From NCBI RefSeq assembly GCF_009914755.1, contig NC_060932.1: a stretch of DNA of 64,000 nt; one strand, given 5' to 3'. A program made the position numbers and the translations under genes. Of the stretch, positions 42,931 through 61,699 are shown in pieces. How positions within the stretch are numbered: position 1 is the first letter of the stretch; each line of letters opens with the position of its first letter. The notes below the pieces were generated by a model. The model worked only from the letters and a program-made list of their open reading frames with translations. It had not been told where the DNA came from and ran no database searches. Source of the DNA: the human T2T-CHM13v2.0 reference genome, Homo sapiens.

Positions 42931-44827
42931 TGCCTGTCTTTATAATGGCCATCTGTGATGGCATGTTGGCTTTTATGGTCAGATAAGTTGGGGTAATTGC
43001 ATAAAATATTAGATGAAATCTCTCCTTTTGGGGATATTCAGATATTAACTTTAAATTAGTATCATTATAATGCACTATCATGTTAAGCAGCTTTTGGAAA
43101 AATAATTTTTTTAAAGATACATTTCAACCCTTTCATTAGTGGCGAAAGATGATGCAATTATAATTCTAGGAAAAAAAAGTCAAGGAAACAAAAAATGAAA
43201 ATGATTACTAGAGTATGAATGGTGCTTACAGATTATGAAAAAAGACTGATTATTATGCTATAGAAAATATAAATTAAAGGGAAACAATATGTTTCAAGTC
43301 TTGCTAAAGGGGAGAGGACATGATTTTTCTGCATTCATTGAGTTAATTCTGTTACACAAGCTTCTGCTCTTAAAATATAAATGGAGTCAGTTTTCCTTTG
43401 AAGTTGTTCAGTATACTCAGATGTAGGCTATAAATATACTTTTGAAGCACTTTTTGACACTACAGTCTCAGTTTCTCTTCTACAGAAGTATAGATAGAAA
43501 AAAAAATGAGGAGAGTTTTGCAATCTTCACAAAGTCTTGTCTGATCCCAAAGTAGAACCTAAGGTTCTCAGGTCACTGGTTCAAATGGAGGAGCAAGTGA
43601 ACTGCTGCTTTACTCATCCCTGGAGGACGGCTTCAAAGTCCCACTTACTCTGCAATATTCAAACTCTGCAGCAAATTAGAAGCTGTTGCTTGGCTACACA
43701 CAGTTCTATATAGTTTGGCCTAAGTTTGACTGCTGAAAACTATACTGGGAATTAAGGAGACCCTAGATCCCCACTGCAGCCTTGGCCTTGCAGGTATAAA
43801 GCACAAATATATGCAAATAGGTAAGAAAGCTCAGCACTGTGTGATATTTTGAACCACACAGACAATTTGTGAATGACCACGCTTTAGAGAGTGTTGCAGT
43901 AATGTGATTTGTGATGCACTGTACTCCTAACTTGTTGAATTCAAATGTGGAAATTTCTGTGTTAATTTTCCTGCATACAAATGGTAAGCATGCTTTGTAT
44001 TTTCTTTTTAGAGAGAGGTATAAAGCACCAGCCAGATCCCACACAAAATTTTTATTTAGATTTGTGTCCTAAGGCCAGTAATAAAACCATAAAGTCAGTG
44101 TTCTTTTTTTCTTTTTATAGACTTTGTACTTTTATTTGCCCCAAGCAAAACAGTAAGTAGTAGTTTTCAAGCCTGAATTTCAATATCATAAGGAAATTAA
44201 GTATTGCCCTATATTTGTAGAGAAATACTTTGGCAATGGGTCATTTAGATAACTCTCAGAAACAAAGATATCTTTCTTTTTAATAACAGTGACCTCCTTA
44301 ACCAAATTTAGGAATTTCTACTCTCTAAAAAGAAGAATAAATTATTTTAAAAATAAAATATTGGAAAGAACTCCAAGGTAAGAAATCTTAGGCTGAAGAC
44401 CCACTTTTTTTCCTCTTAGTATGTGATATTGAGTAGGTCACTTTTCTGTTCTAAGTCTGAATTCCTAAATTTGTGAAATGGCTTAATAATCTTAGGTTGT
44501 GTTAGGAAAAATAAAGGTTGACATTTTGGAAGTTTTTTGGAAGGTTGAAACACTATGGAAATATTTAGCTTAAGAGAAAAATAGATAAAACGGAATTCCT
44601 GAATATTACTTCTACTTCTTGGATATTTACACACACATATATGTGACTAGACAATAAAGCAAGGGGATGCTCTGGTATATTAGTGAAAAACACAAGAATG
44701 ATTATTATGTAGGAGAATATAGTGAGATCATCACTTTGAAGGCTATTTTAGCATTTATAATGGCATCTTTTAAATCTTGAGCAAATCAAAATATCACAAG
44801 TAATAGAGAAAATGATATGGACTGCCA

Positions 44828-45090
44828 GCGTAGTAGTATTTAGAACAGCATCTCTGTGTTAAACGCCCTGGGTTTTAAATCTTAAATGTGCCACCAACTA
44901 GCCATGTAATCTTTGCAAAATTTCTTCATTTTCTTCCATTTCAGTTTCTTTATCTGTAAAATGGTTATAATAATAGTACCTAAGTTACACAGTTGTTTCT
45001 ATAAATGAAATGGAATACGGCTCATGTGATAGTCCTCTACTTCAGGATTTAGGACATAGAATGTAGTAAATTCTGTTTTTATCATTGTCA
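44828..45090 (+). mobile_element. MIR SINE
   Basis: cctgggttttaaatc..gccaccaactagccatgtaatctttgcaaa..tcagtttctttatctgtaaaatggttataataatagtacct. Confidence 0.8.
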
Positions 45091-45873
45091 TATCTATGTA
45101 TGTCTAATTTTTTGAGTGACCATTTTTTTCCATTTAAACTTTTTATCTGATGAAATATATCTAATTTGTCTTTGCATTGGCTTAAAACAGATATGCACAG
45201 AATTTCTTTGTAGTGGCCAAGAATTTTGTTTTTGTTTTTTTCATACTTTTCTCTTTCTATTCCATCCTTCCTTATGCATAGCTTATAATGGTTACAAGCT
45301 ATGTTACAAGTTCTTGTTATGGCTAAATATGATTGAAAACCATTCCTGACAATGGTGTTGGGTAGTGGAAAGACCTCTCGTGGTTTTGAATAACCTTAGA
45401 CAAATGCTTTACATTTGTTGACCACCCCCACCATTTTAATCTATAATATGTGAGAAAAATGTATCAATATTTTTAAAAAGGATATAAATTGCCTGACAGA
45501 TAATAGCTACTCCAAAAATGGTGACTATTAGTACTATTATTTTTCTTTCAGTTTTAGAATATTTTGACTCTTTTTGGAGTGTTCTAAAATTAGCTATTAC
45601 ATGTTAAGACATTTAAAACAGAAATAGGAATGCTTTTATAGCTTCTGTAATTGATTACCATTAGCGTTGGGCTTGATGTACTAATATAATAAGGATGCTT
45701 TGGGGGGCCTGTGCCATCCCTACACTTGGGGATACTTGTCTCAGGAATGTGGTATACTGGATCTTGTGCCTTGGCATACAGAGGGCAGTTCCCTTTGAAA
45801 ATAATGAGACATTTCTTAGAGGAGTATATGATGATGTAACCTAGTATTATTGCTTCAAGATGGAATCTTTCTT

Positions 45874-46467
45874 TTTTTAAATTTTATTATTATTATACTT
45901 TAAGTTTTAGGGTACATGTGCACAACGTGCAGGTTCATTACATATGTATACATATGCCATGTTGGTGTGCTGCACACATTAACTCATCATTTAGCATTAA
46001 GTATATCTGCTAATGCTATCCCTCCCCCCTACCCCCACCCCACAACAGACCCCGGTGTGTGATGTCCCCCTTCCTGTGTCCATGTGTTCTCATTGTTCAG
46101 TTCCCACCTATGAGTGAGAACATGCGGTGTTTGTTTTTTTGTCCTTGCGATAGTTTGCTGAGAATGATGGTTTCCAGCTTCATCCATGTCCCTACAAAGG
46201 ACATGAACTCATCCTTTTTTATGACTGCATAGTATTCTGTGGTGTATATGTGCCACATTTTCTTAATCCAGTCTATCGTTGTTGGACATTTGGGTTGGTT
46301 CCAAGTCTTTGCTATTGTGAACAGTGCCACGATAAACATACGTGTTCATGTATCTTTATAGCAGCATGATTTATAATCCTTTGGGTATATACCCAGTTAT
46401 GGGATGGCTGGGTCAAATGGTATTTCTAGTTCTAGATCCCTTAGGAATCGCCACACTGACTTCCACA
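45874..46467 (-). mobile_element. Young 5'-truncated L1PA (L1PA3/4-like)
   Basis: Canonical L1PA 3'UTR and ORF2 C-terminus (ORF 46097..46339 ..KHRMFSLIGGN). Perfect 17-bp TSD aagatggaatctttctt (45857-45873, 46468-46484). Confidence 0.96.
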
Positions 46468-47520
46468 AAGATGGAATCTTTCTTGACATTTCTTGTCTAT
46501 TTAAACTATTTCTAAAAATGTATTCTGGCTTCCAGAATGCTCTTCCCAGATGGTGGAAAAATCCCCCATGAGTCAATAAAAGGTGCTTTTAAAATTATTT
46601 GGAAACTGTTCTACTCTAGTATTGCAGTGGACATTGTCAGCTACTATTTGGCAATTCTGCAATACCATGGAGCACATTTTTCTAATTGTGTTATAGAGGT
46701 GACCATCCAACTCTGCTTCATTTGTGAGAGCTGGCAGCAGTCAGAACCATGCCATGAATAACTAGAGTAGTGACTTTTGATAATAGAGCTTTTATTTTAT
46801 ATTCTTTTTTTTTTTAAATAATGAATTTGACCTCTTGGATTCCTTCAGAAAATGAGTTAACTGCATCAGGAATGATGCATTTTATAGACTATTCTGAATA
46901 GTTAACATATACTAACTGCCCATTCACAGTACTGCTTTAAACCCTTTCTCCCATGGCTTTAGGAAGAGAGAATAAGCATATGATGCGAGTTTCAAGGAAA
47001 TCCCAAGGCCTCTGTTGTCTAATAGAAACGTGAAGACCTTCTTCGATAGATCTTCTGTTGTCTAATAGAAATGTGAAGACCTTCAGTGTATCGCATTTAA
47101 ATTGACTTGCAAGGCTTAAGAAACACACTGGAACTATTTAGTAATAATATCTCTTACAAGAATAAAACTAAAAATGAGGGAAAATAAAACTAAGATAAAT
47201 TGCAATTAAGGTTTACTTTTTTAGATTATAGTTGAATCATGTAGAGTAAATGTATTAGGTAGTAGGAAAATAGCAAGTAAATGGCATCTTAATTCTAGTG
47301 CCAGTGAGTGTCAAGTATTTGATAAGGATTTGACATAGACAGAATATTCTATTGCAGATATTCTCATGTTCTAGGTGTTTTATTTTTCAATTAGAGATTT
47401 GTATGTTCATTAACAACAATGTTATCTATTATAATGTTTGATTTATAAAGATATTTGAATTAATTTGCTATTCTAGACTATAGTGGCATAAACTAATTTT
47501 GCATTTATTTCTAGATCTAT

Positions 47521-47814
<294 letters not shown>

Positions 47815-48286
47815 CCTCTAGATCTCTTTTTTGTGATGGGATGAATTTAAACTCATTTTTACCTGATGACATGAAGGGAAAAAGGTCACTCAGTGGCTCA
47901 ATAAGTTTTTAATTAATGAAATAAATATAAAAAGGGGAAAAGAATCCCCTCTCTTATTGAATGGTATCCAGTGGTTTCTTGAATAACTATTAATGCCGCG
48001 ACAGATTCTATTTTGGAATTTCAAAGCCAAGGCCGATGGTCAAACATCAGCTAAAGATAGATTTTCTGAACTCATGAAAAGTAGCCTAGAATTGGAAATG
48101 ACATAGCCATTTTTTTCTCACGTTAGCTAATATAAATGATCTTTATCATCTTCAATAGTTGAAGGCAAGCAAAAAAGCCTGTGAGTCAAGGAAATTATTA
48201 TCAGAATGTGAGCCATTTGTTATCTTTAAACATCTCACTGTTTAATCAGTTTTTAAACACTATACTAACTAGACAGTTTAATGATC

Positions 48287-49190
48287 TGTTCCCCAGCAAA
48301 ACAGTTCTCCAGGTGACCGTGTTCTCCCCCATGTTTTGCTTGTAATTATGTTCCCTTTTTGGCTTGTAGTTCTCAAGAATAACTGCAGAATATGTGAGAA
48401 TGGAATGTCCGAAGATAGAAACTGCCTGAAACAACCTGGACCTTGTTCCTGTCCCTGTTATGGAAAATAACATCTTGAGTTAGGGAGGAGCTTCTCTGGA
48501 CAGGATGGTCTTTGTTTCTCTCTCTCCTAAAAGCAGGGTATCTTTGAAGCTTTTTTCCAGTGATTCATGGTATTCCTGTGATATACGACCCTGAGCCTTT
48601 TGTGGGGTCCCTCAGCTGTGATGCACATGGATCAGACCCCATTCACCCTCGGACAGCTTTCTGAGCCCTGAAAGACTGACTCACAATGGCTCATGGGCTG
48701 CTTGTGTTTCTTGCTGCCTATCTATAAGTAACACATTTGCTTCATATAACTCATTGCATATGAGTGTGTTCTGCTTCATCAGACTCAGACGAGTTGGTAT
48801 ATTAGTTCATTTTCACACTGCTAATAAAGACATATCTGAGACTGGGTAATTTACAAAGAAAAAGAGGTTCAATGGACTCACAGTTCCATGTGGCTGGGGA
48901 GACCTCACAATCATGGCGAAAGGTGAAAAGTACATCCCACATGGCGTCGGGCAAAGAGGGAGTGAGAGCCAAGAAAAAGGTGTTTCCTCTTATAAAACCA
49001 TCAGATCTTATGAGACTTATTCATTACCACAAAAACAGTATGGGGGAAATTGCCACCACGATTCAATTATCTCCCACCGAGTCCCTCCCACAATGTGGGA
49101 ATTATGGGAGCTACAATTCAAGAGGAGATTTGGGTGGGGACACAGCCTAACCATATCAGTTGGTAACCAGAACACAGTAAACCTGTTCCA
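48287..49190 (+). mobile_element. ERV LTR (probably ERVL class, family unresolved) split by THE1
   Basis: gtagttctcaagaataactgcagaat..ggggtccctcagctg..cttgctgcctatctataagtaa..gactcagacgagttgg | taaccagaacacagtaaacctg. Resumes after the THE1 TSD. Confidence 0.7.
48798..49158 (-). mobile_element. THE1B-like solo LTR
   Basis: tatattagttcattttcacactgctaataaagaca..cctaaccatatca. Perfect 5-bp TSD gttgg (48793-48797, 49159-49163). Confidence 0.94.
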
Positions 49191-49979
49191 TCCCTTCCAC
49201 CTCCATTGTAACCTCTTTAGCTTCCTATAATCCTGAAGTCAAAGCAGTATTCTTCTTTATATCATTACTTTTTCATATGTAGCTATTGTGATAGAAGATT
49301 TTCATGTTTACTTATTACAAAAGACTTTGGACAGTCCTTCAAGAGGTTTATGGTCTGTTTATTTATCTGCCATCTTGGTATTATATCTTTGGATGAGATA
49401 TAGTGACAGTGAAGTTTCTCTGTGGAGCAATGCTAATATTCACTTTTCTGCCACTTTTGTAGGCATCATGTAGCAACAGGGAAAAATGACAAAGGATCTA
49501 GGCAATCGGTTCTCAGCACCTTGGAGAGCTCTTTGTAAGCATTTTAATATCCTCTTGGGTGTGTACGTGTTTGTGTGTATGCACATGCACAGATACACCG
49601 ACATATCTATATGCACACACATATACATGTATATAAAATTACACATCTATGCATAACATGCTCATATATGCATCAATATACATATACAAACATATATGTA
49701 CACATTTAGATTTATACAATGTATTTATATATTTGCAGATTCACAGACAATTTTCAGATGGATTCAGCATTATCAAGGGAGATACTGTGGAATTATTACT
49801 ATGTGATGATTTCAGGGCTGACATCATGTTTTACTCTTCGTTAAATTATCTTCCCCAGGATGAACTAGCTTAGAACTTGACCGTCCTTTATTTGAAACAG
49901 TGATGACCCTAGATGTATACCCCTTGAAAATTCATTGTTATAACAAAAATATTAAGTAGAAATTGTGGTATTCCATCTG

Positions 49980-50175
49980 CTATGCTACATACTTCATATA
50001 CATTTACAGAATCTTTACAATTATACTACTAGGTTGGCATTATTATTGTGATTCTAAAATGTAGGAAACTAAGGTTGAGATCATTTCAAATGATGTGCAG
50101 GGTTCACTTACGTAGCAATTTGTGAATCCATGACTCAAACTCAGGTATTTATACTTTAGAACCCATGTTATTTTC
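49980..50175 (-). mobile_element. MIR SINE (target of the L1 complex)
   Basis: aggttggcattattattgtgattctaaaatgtaggaaactaagg..gactcaaactcagg. Confidence 0.6.
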
Positions 50176-50535
50176 TTTTTTATTATTTAAATAATTTTAA
50201 ATTGTTTTACCTGTTCAGTACAGGAGTATATGTGCAGGTTTTTTTACATAGGTAAACTTGTGTCACGAGGGTTTGTTGTACAGATCATTTCATCACTCAG
50301 ATATTAAGCCTAATACCCATTAGTTATTTTTCCTGATCCTCTTCCTCCTCCCACCTTCCAGCCTCCAGAAGGCTCCAATGTGTGTTGTTCCCCACTATGG
50401 GTCTCATCATTTAGCTTCCACTTACAAGTGACAACATGCAGTTTTTGGTTTTCTATTCCTGTGTTAGTTTGCTAAGGATAATGGCCTCCAGCTCCAACCA
50501 TGTCTCTGAAAAGGACACGATCTTCTTACCTTTTA
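50176..50535 (-). mobile_element. Short L1PA13-16-like 3' end
   Basis: ggtaaacttgtgtcacgagggtttgttgtacagatcatttcatcac..tacccattagttatttttcctgatcc. Confidence 0.85.
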
Positions 50536-50539
50536 TTTC

Positions 50540-55388
<4,849 letters not shown>

Positions 55389-56569
55389 AATCATGTTCTT
55401 TTCATGACTCTAACATGTGCCATTTGTTATTAAACTTGTATTGGACCTTATTCCTGTCCCCGCTAGGGAAAATAACATCGTGAGTTACAGAGGAACTTCT
55501 CTGGACAGCCTGTGCTTTGTTCCTCTCTCTCTCCTAACAGCAGGATATCTCAGACACAAAGATCTGAGATATTTAGTCAGATCTCCTTTTTCTATGTGAG
55601 CTGGATAAATAGAAAAAACAATTTACAATTTTCCTGAGATTAATTTAGTAGCTCTGCTCTATAATACACATCATTAAAGGAAAAATAATTCCAGTAGCTA
55701 TAACACATCCCCATGGATGAAATAAAATGATGCATTAAAAATATTTAGTGGCTACCTGACAAAGGAGTAATACTGACAACTGAGCAGTCTCCAAAGAACT
55801 TTCATATGCTTTAATTCTTCCCTTATTTCAATCATCTGAGAATTGTGAAAGACTGCTCATGCATGTTTGCATAAAAGAGTTGCTATAGTAACCTTTGAGC
55901 ATGGTACTAGATGCAACCTACTAGCCAAAAGCTTTATCTTTATGAGAGCAATATACTTTATAGGTTATGAGAGTTATGTATCATCCATGTCCTCAAGCTG
56001 TTGGCTATATAATGAAGTCAGAATAGTTTAACTTTGAAGTTAGTCTTCTATGAAGGTTTCTATGTTTTTAGAAAATAAAAATGACTTCATCTTTAGTTTA
56101 GATTATTAAAGAATGGGACCAAAGACACTAATACTATCTTATATGCCCTAGAAATGTAGCATACCAATAGATGTTTTTTTTTCTTCTTTAGTTTTTCCAC
56201 TTGAATTTACTGAATGCTGCCTTCTCACCCTCTTCAATAGTAATATTATAAAAAGTCAGCTAAGGAATTAAATTATTGAGCTTTATAATTCAAGCAAAAC
56301 AAATACATTTTGCCTCTTTTCTACATGTTGTTTAAATTCTCAATTTTCACTGAATTTTGATAGTGTTTAAAGGAAAAAAACTTGTAAAATATAATAAAAT
56401 ATCACTTGATCTTATGAAATTCCACCTCTTTCATTAAAATTTCCCAGATTATGTACAAATTAATGCTTATTATTCAGGATTTTATTATCTAAAATGCAAA
56501 TGAGTATAATATAGACACAACAGCAAGTTGTCTGCTCTAAGTCTTCTAGATATGATAGGCAAATTTCTC

Positions 56570-56910
56570 CTGCCTCTGGGCCTTTGGTTCTCATATACCT
56601 TCTTCCTAAAATACCCTGATCACTTTATCAGACTTTTCCTATTTATCCTACAAATCTCAGCTCAAGTTCTACCTTTTCAGGAAAAAGTTTCATGAACAAA
56701 GCTCTTTACCTCTTCCATACTCATATGGTGTTAATATTTATAATATTTAACACTCATTTGACACTTACGTTCTTGAAGTCTTGGAAGAATCAGATTGTAG
56801 AACATCAGACCAAAGGACCAATATCTTGGGGTTTTTCTCTCCTCAGATCCAAAGGCAGGGACAGTCTTGTCTAATGTTTACCAGAATAATTTTTTTTCAT
56901 TAGTGAATCT
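56570..56910 (+). mobile_element. L2 3' fragment
   Basis: gggcctttg..atcctacaaatctcagctcaagtt..ggcagggacagtcttgtc. Confidence 0.5.
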
Positions 56911-58899
56911 GAACATTGCTACTTATATTATTAATGAACATGAAAGATTTAAATTCACATGTCATTTGTTAATGCAAGTGGTTGAGTAACCTTATGCTCA
57001 AGCTTTGGTTCTTGATTTTTTTCTAGAGAAGGAATCCAACGAGAGTTGGGACTAGATCCTGCCCTGGACTGTTATTCTAATATCCTAAGGAATCTGCCCC
57101 CTTACCAATCCCATCCCCAGGGCTGAACGCATATTCTAGAATTCCAATTTGCATCTTCTTGGTAGGGAAGTCACACTCCTAAATGATGCTTATAAAAATA
57201 TTACTAGATATTCCAGTTCTGTCTGATCTCTTGGATAATGAAACTAACTAAGATTAGAATAAATTTGGATTATCCACCTTGGATTGGCTGGTTAATTCTT
57301 CACTGAAATTTTCCAGGTCTTTGTTATAATTCTAATTTTGTTAATCACTCCAATTTTAGGTTGAATTTTTCCCTTTCTCCTCATCATTTTTCTCCAGCAA
57401 ACACTCAGGGAAAAATTCAAGGATGCTGGTTTAAGAAATCACAGTTAGTCATTTATGAATATCTGGGCCTCGGTGTCACAGCTTGGATTAGGAATGTTGT
57501 TCAGTGCCCCGGGAATTGCATTTGCCAAGCTAAAGGCATATTTCTGTGCCTAGGATGAGAATGGAAACCAGTTTTTGTATCCAAATATAATCTAGACACT
57601 AGATATTTAGCAGAAGCCCGTCTGCAGGTGATACATTAGTCCTGGGATTCAGCACAGGATGAAAAAACACTGCAGTGGCAACATTTCCTGTGACCAGTGG
57701 TCAACAAAAAGCACATATTTTCATGCCAGGCTACTAGGAGAAAGGACTGAAATAATAATGCAGGGACTCTGAGGTTAATACTGAGATATCCTGTCGTTAA
57801 GGTGATTCACCATTAGGAATCCATGTGTGAAGATGATGATTTTTGATTATTCACTCTCTGTGGTTTTTATTGTTCAAGAACCAGGAAGGACTAAAACAAA
57901 GAAAGTCACATTTTCTGGGGAATTACTGCTAAATTCACAGAAATGAGCCAGGTATGACATAAATATTGAGTATCTAATTTACCGACTAATACTAACTTCT
58001 TAACAACTTCAATTTGATTTCTGTCTCTTTCATACTTATGTATAATACATTGCACTTATGTTCATATTGAATTTCCCTGCACTATGTCATTAACTTTTAT
58101 GATTCGAATGATTTAGATTAATGCCAACCCCATAGCTACATGCAGGAGAACATTTAAGATTATTTGGTAAGGATGATATAGATGTAATCAATGCTCAGTT
58201 GCTTGGAATCATTGAATATGTTTCCCTGAGCCTAATAGCTGGCCACTTTTTCAAATCTATTAAAAAAGAATATCCATGTTTTGTAAAAAACATTTTTACA
58301 ATGATATTTTATGAGTTCTTCAAGGCTCATGATTTTCAAATCATTGATTGAAAATAGTGCTGTCCTGATGACTATTTGATATGACCAAGTTTTGAGATGT
58401 CCTGTAATCCTCTAATAAAACTCATTTGATGATTTCCTTAAAAGCCTGTGGTTTATTTACAATATTAATTTAAATAAGTAATTTACTGTATTTTTGTGAT
58501 GGATACTGCCATTTCTATTTCTTTTTCATCCTGCCTAAATAGCTTAATATTTTTTTAAAAGTACTAGACACTTGTACGTGCATTTTTAATGGAAAAAGGT
58601 GGAATTAGAAAACATAATCATTTTTACATAAATCTGGATTAAATTAAGAAACAGGACCAGACAAAATTATCAATCATACTAGTTAGAAAAGAAGTAAACT
58701 TGTTTCATTTGGTGGCTCTTTTCTGTTGAATCACTACAATGTTAAATATCAAAGCACAAATATATGCATCTGGAAGTTAGCAACCATATGACATGATTAA
58801 GAAAAGCTCCAAAGTTACTGTTTATTTCCTTCTTTCTTTCTTAACTCTTTCATTTACTTTCTCTTTGTTTCCTTCCTTCCTTTCATATCCTTATCCTTT

Positions 58900-59260
58900 T
58901 GAGATGGTCTGTTTGTGTCCCCACCGAAATCTCATCTTGAATTGTAGTTCCCATAATCTCAACATGCATTGGGAGGGACCTGGTAGGAGGTAATTGAATC
59001 ATGTGGGCAATTTTCCCCATGCTATTCTCATGATAGTGAGTAAGTTCTCATGAGATCTGATGGTTTTATAAAGGGCTTCCTGCTTTGCTCAGCTCTCATA
59101 CTTCTCCTCGCTGCTCTCATGTGAAGAAGCACATGTTTGCTTCCCCTTCCACCATGATTGTAAGTTTCCTGGGGCCTCCCCAGCCCTGCAGAACTGTGAG
59201 CCAATTAAAACTCTTTCCTTTATAAATTACCCAGTCTTGGGCAGTTCTCTATGGTAGCAC
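58900..59260 (+). mobile_element. THE1D-like solo LTR lacking its last ~20 bp
   Basis: tgagatggtctgtttgtgtccccaccgaaatctcatcttgaattg..ataaattacccagtcttgggcagttct. Confidence 0.9.
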
Positions 59261-59261
59261 C

Positions 59262-59460
59262 ATTCTTCCTCCTTTTCCTTCTTTTTTCCCTCCCCTCCTC
59301 TCTCCTCCCTCTTCCCCTCCCCTCCCCTCCTCTTCCTTCCTTCCTTCCGTCTTCTTCCTTCCTTCCTTCCATCTTCTTCCTTCCTTCCTTCTGTCTTCCT
59401 CCTTCCTTCTTTCTGTCTTCCTCCTTCCTTCCTTCTTTTTCTCATTTCTCTCAATTTTCC
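59262..59460. repeat. Polypyrimidine (CCTT/CTCC) simple repeat
   Basis: Direct reading. Confidence 0.9.
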
Positions 59461-60450
59461 TTTAATAGTAAGCATCAGCTTATTTATTCATATTCTTTCA
59501 TGTGAGAATATAGAAAAATTATGGTCCCAAAGGCATATTTTATTTTCCAAGGAAAGTAGAAAAATGGGCCACTCTGGAAGCTTTTGTGTGTATGTGTAGA
59601 ATCAAAGATAAAACAGTTTGCTGAAAACCACAAACATGTCTTTCTCTTTCCAATTGAAAAATAAAAACTCATAGAATTCTCAACTTTCTTTCTATCATTT
59701 TTATGGAAATAAAGAATAAAGTTCATTATTAGAGGCTGTTAAGATGAAATGAACTTTGCAAATACATTCAGTTAAACCTCCTTAATTTGGAATATGCCAA
59801 TTTTGATTGTTTGTTGGACAGTTTTGTTCAACAATTAAATAAAGTGTTTCTTGCATATTCTGAAGGAACACATGATTATTTCTGTACACTCAGTTTGTAT
59901 ATATATATAAAGATTTTTTCCCCTTTGTGTGATAATTTATAATTTACATGTAATTATGTGAATTTTTATTAACGTTCTTACCATGCCTAGAAAACAAAAA
60001 TCTTTAAAGCACTTTGATTTTTTTTGTCAGAGGTTATATGATACCCATGATCCACTCTTATATTTATCAAGTCAAAGGATAATTTTAGTAAAATATACTG
60101 GTGACATTTTATATGTATAATTTAGTTATTCAATAATGTTTAAACAATAGACAACTTTGATTTAATTAAAAAATTCAGAGGTTTCCCAACTTCAGACTAA
60201 TGACCCTTAGCAATTCGGAGTGAGGGTTTATAGTTAAAACAAATAAACCTGCCTGTAGTAATATTTATTTATATCTCTAGGAATTCATTTCAGAAGTATT
60301 TATTGAGAATTGGCTATATGCTAAACCCTAACCATTTCAAATATTCTTCCTTCCAATTGCATTTAAAGTGTTTCTTTTTTCATTATTTTTTCTTTTCTCT
60401 GTTCATAACAATCCTTCATTAGTGATAATAATGACAACTAACAAATAAAC

Positions 60451-60901
60451 TGTATGAAGTTGAATATTGTCTCCCCCAAACTTGGGTTCTTCCTGGAACC
60501 TCAGAATATGAACTATTTTGGAAATAACATCTTTGCACATGTAATTAAGTTTAGAAGAGGGAACAACGGGGAACGATAGGCCCTTAATTTAATATAACTT
60601 CCATCCTTGTGTAAAGAAGAAAGAGACACAGAAACAGAGAAATAGAGAATGCCATGTAATGATGAAGGCTGAAATTGGGGTGATGAATCTACAATCCAAA
60701 AAATACCAAGGATTGCCAGCAACACCAAAAACTAAGAGAAGGTCATGAAACAGACTATCCCCTAGAGCCTTTAGAGAGAGAAAGACCCAGCATACACTTT
60801 AACTTCCAGCTTTTAACCTTCAGAACTGCGAGAGAATAAATTTCTATTCTTTGAGCCACCAAGTTTTTGGCAATTCGTTATGGCAGCTTTACAAACCAAC
60901 A
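60451..60901 (+). mobile_element. MLT1C-like solo LTR
   Basis: ggaacctcagaatatga..ttggaaataacatctttgcacatgtaattaag..ccaaggattgccagcaacacc..cagaactgcgagagaataaatttct. Confidence 0.85.
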
Positions 60902-61424
60902 GAAATGAATGAGTATTTTTACTCTACTTTCCAGAAAAACTTATCTCTAGATATTTTCACTTATTTTAACCATAGCAATACCATATTTCTTCTCTTTTAT
61001 ATCTTAATGATGAATGTAATACAAATATGAAAAAGTATCTTGTGTAAAAGAGAGAATTACTGACAAATTACAAAGTTCTTGTATTGATGATTAATATTAA
61101 TCAATGTCCTGTTCCCCAGACATAGGGCAGAACGAAGTGAAACACATACAGAATTACCAGAGGGAAAGTACCCTTGGTTCTAGAAATAAGAGCTTTCAAT
61201 GATAAAACCAATCTAGAAGAAAAGTACTAATTTAAGGAACCAACGCTTGGAGAGTACTGTATTTGACCATCCCACTAAGTTCAATAGATTAATAATAAAC
61301 CTACATCTAGAAGTATGTTCAAAGGCTTAAAACTACACAAAATCTACTTAATTAAAAATTTTGTATCAGAATGTAGAGTCAGAATACCCAAATGGCATTA
61401 AAAACATATAAATGTGAAAAATAA

Positions 61425-61577
61425 TAGGAGGAGGAGAATGAGTAGGAGGAGAAGGAGAGGAAGAAGGAGTGGAGGGAGAGGAAGGAGAGGAGGGAGAGGA
61501 GGGAGAAGAAGGAGAAGAAGGAGAAGAAAAAAAACAAACAAAGAAAGAAAGAAAAGAAAGAAAGAAAAGAGGAAGAA
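61425..61577. repeat. Polypurine (GGA/GAA) simple repeat
   Basis: Direct reading. Confidence 0.9.
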
Positions 61578-61699
61578 GCCGCTGCCATAAAGCTGTTTAT
61601 AAAAGTGTTTTTTTGTAATGGCAAAAAAAAAAAAAGGTAAATTAATACTCTAATTAGTTTATTTAACCATTTTTAATTAATTTTGCTAAACTCAAGACA

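Noticed and set aside
43649-43734. Minus-strand segment between ttttcag and gtaagt as a coding exon
   Set aside because: Stop codons occur in all three frames and there is no other support.
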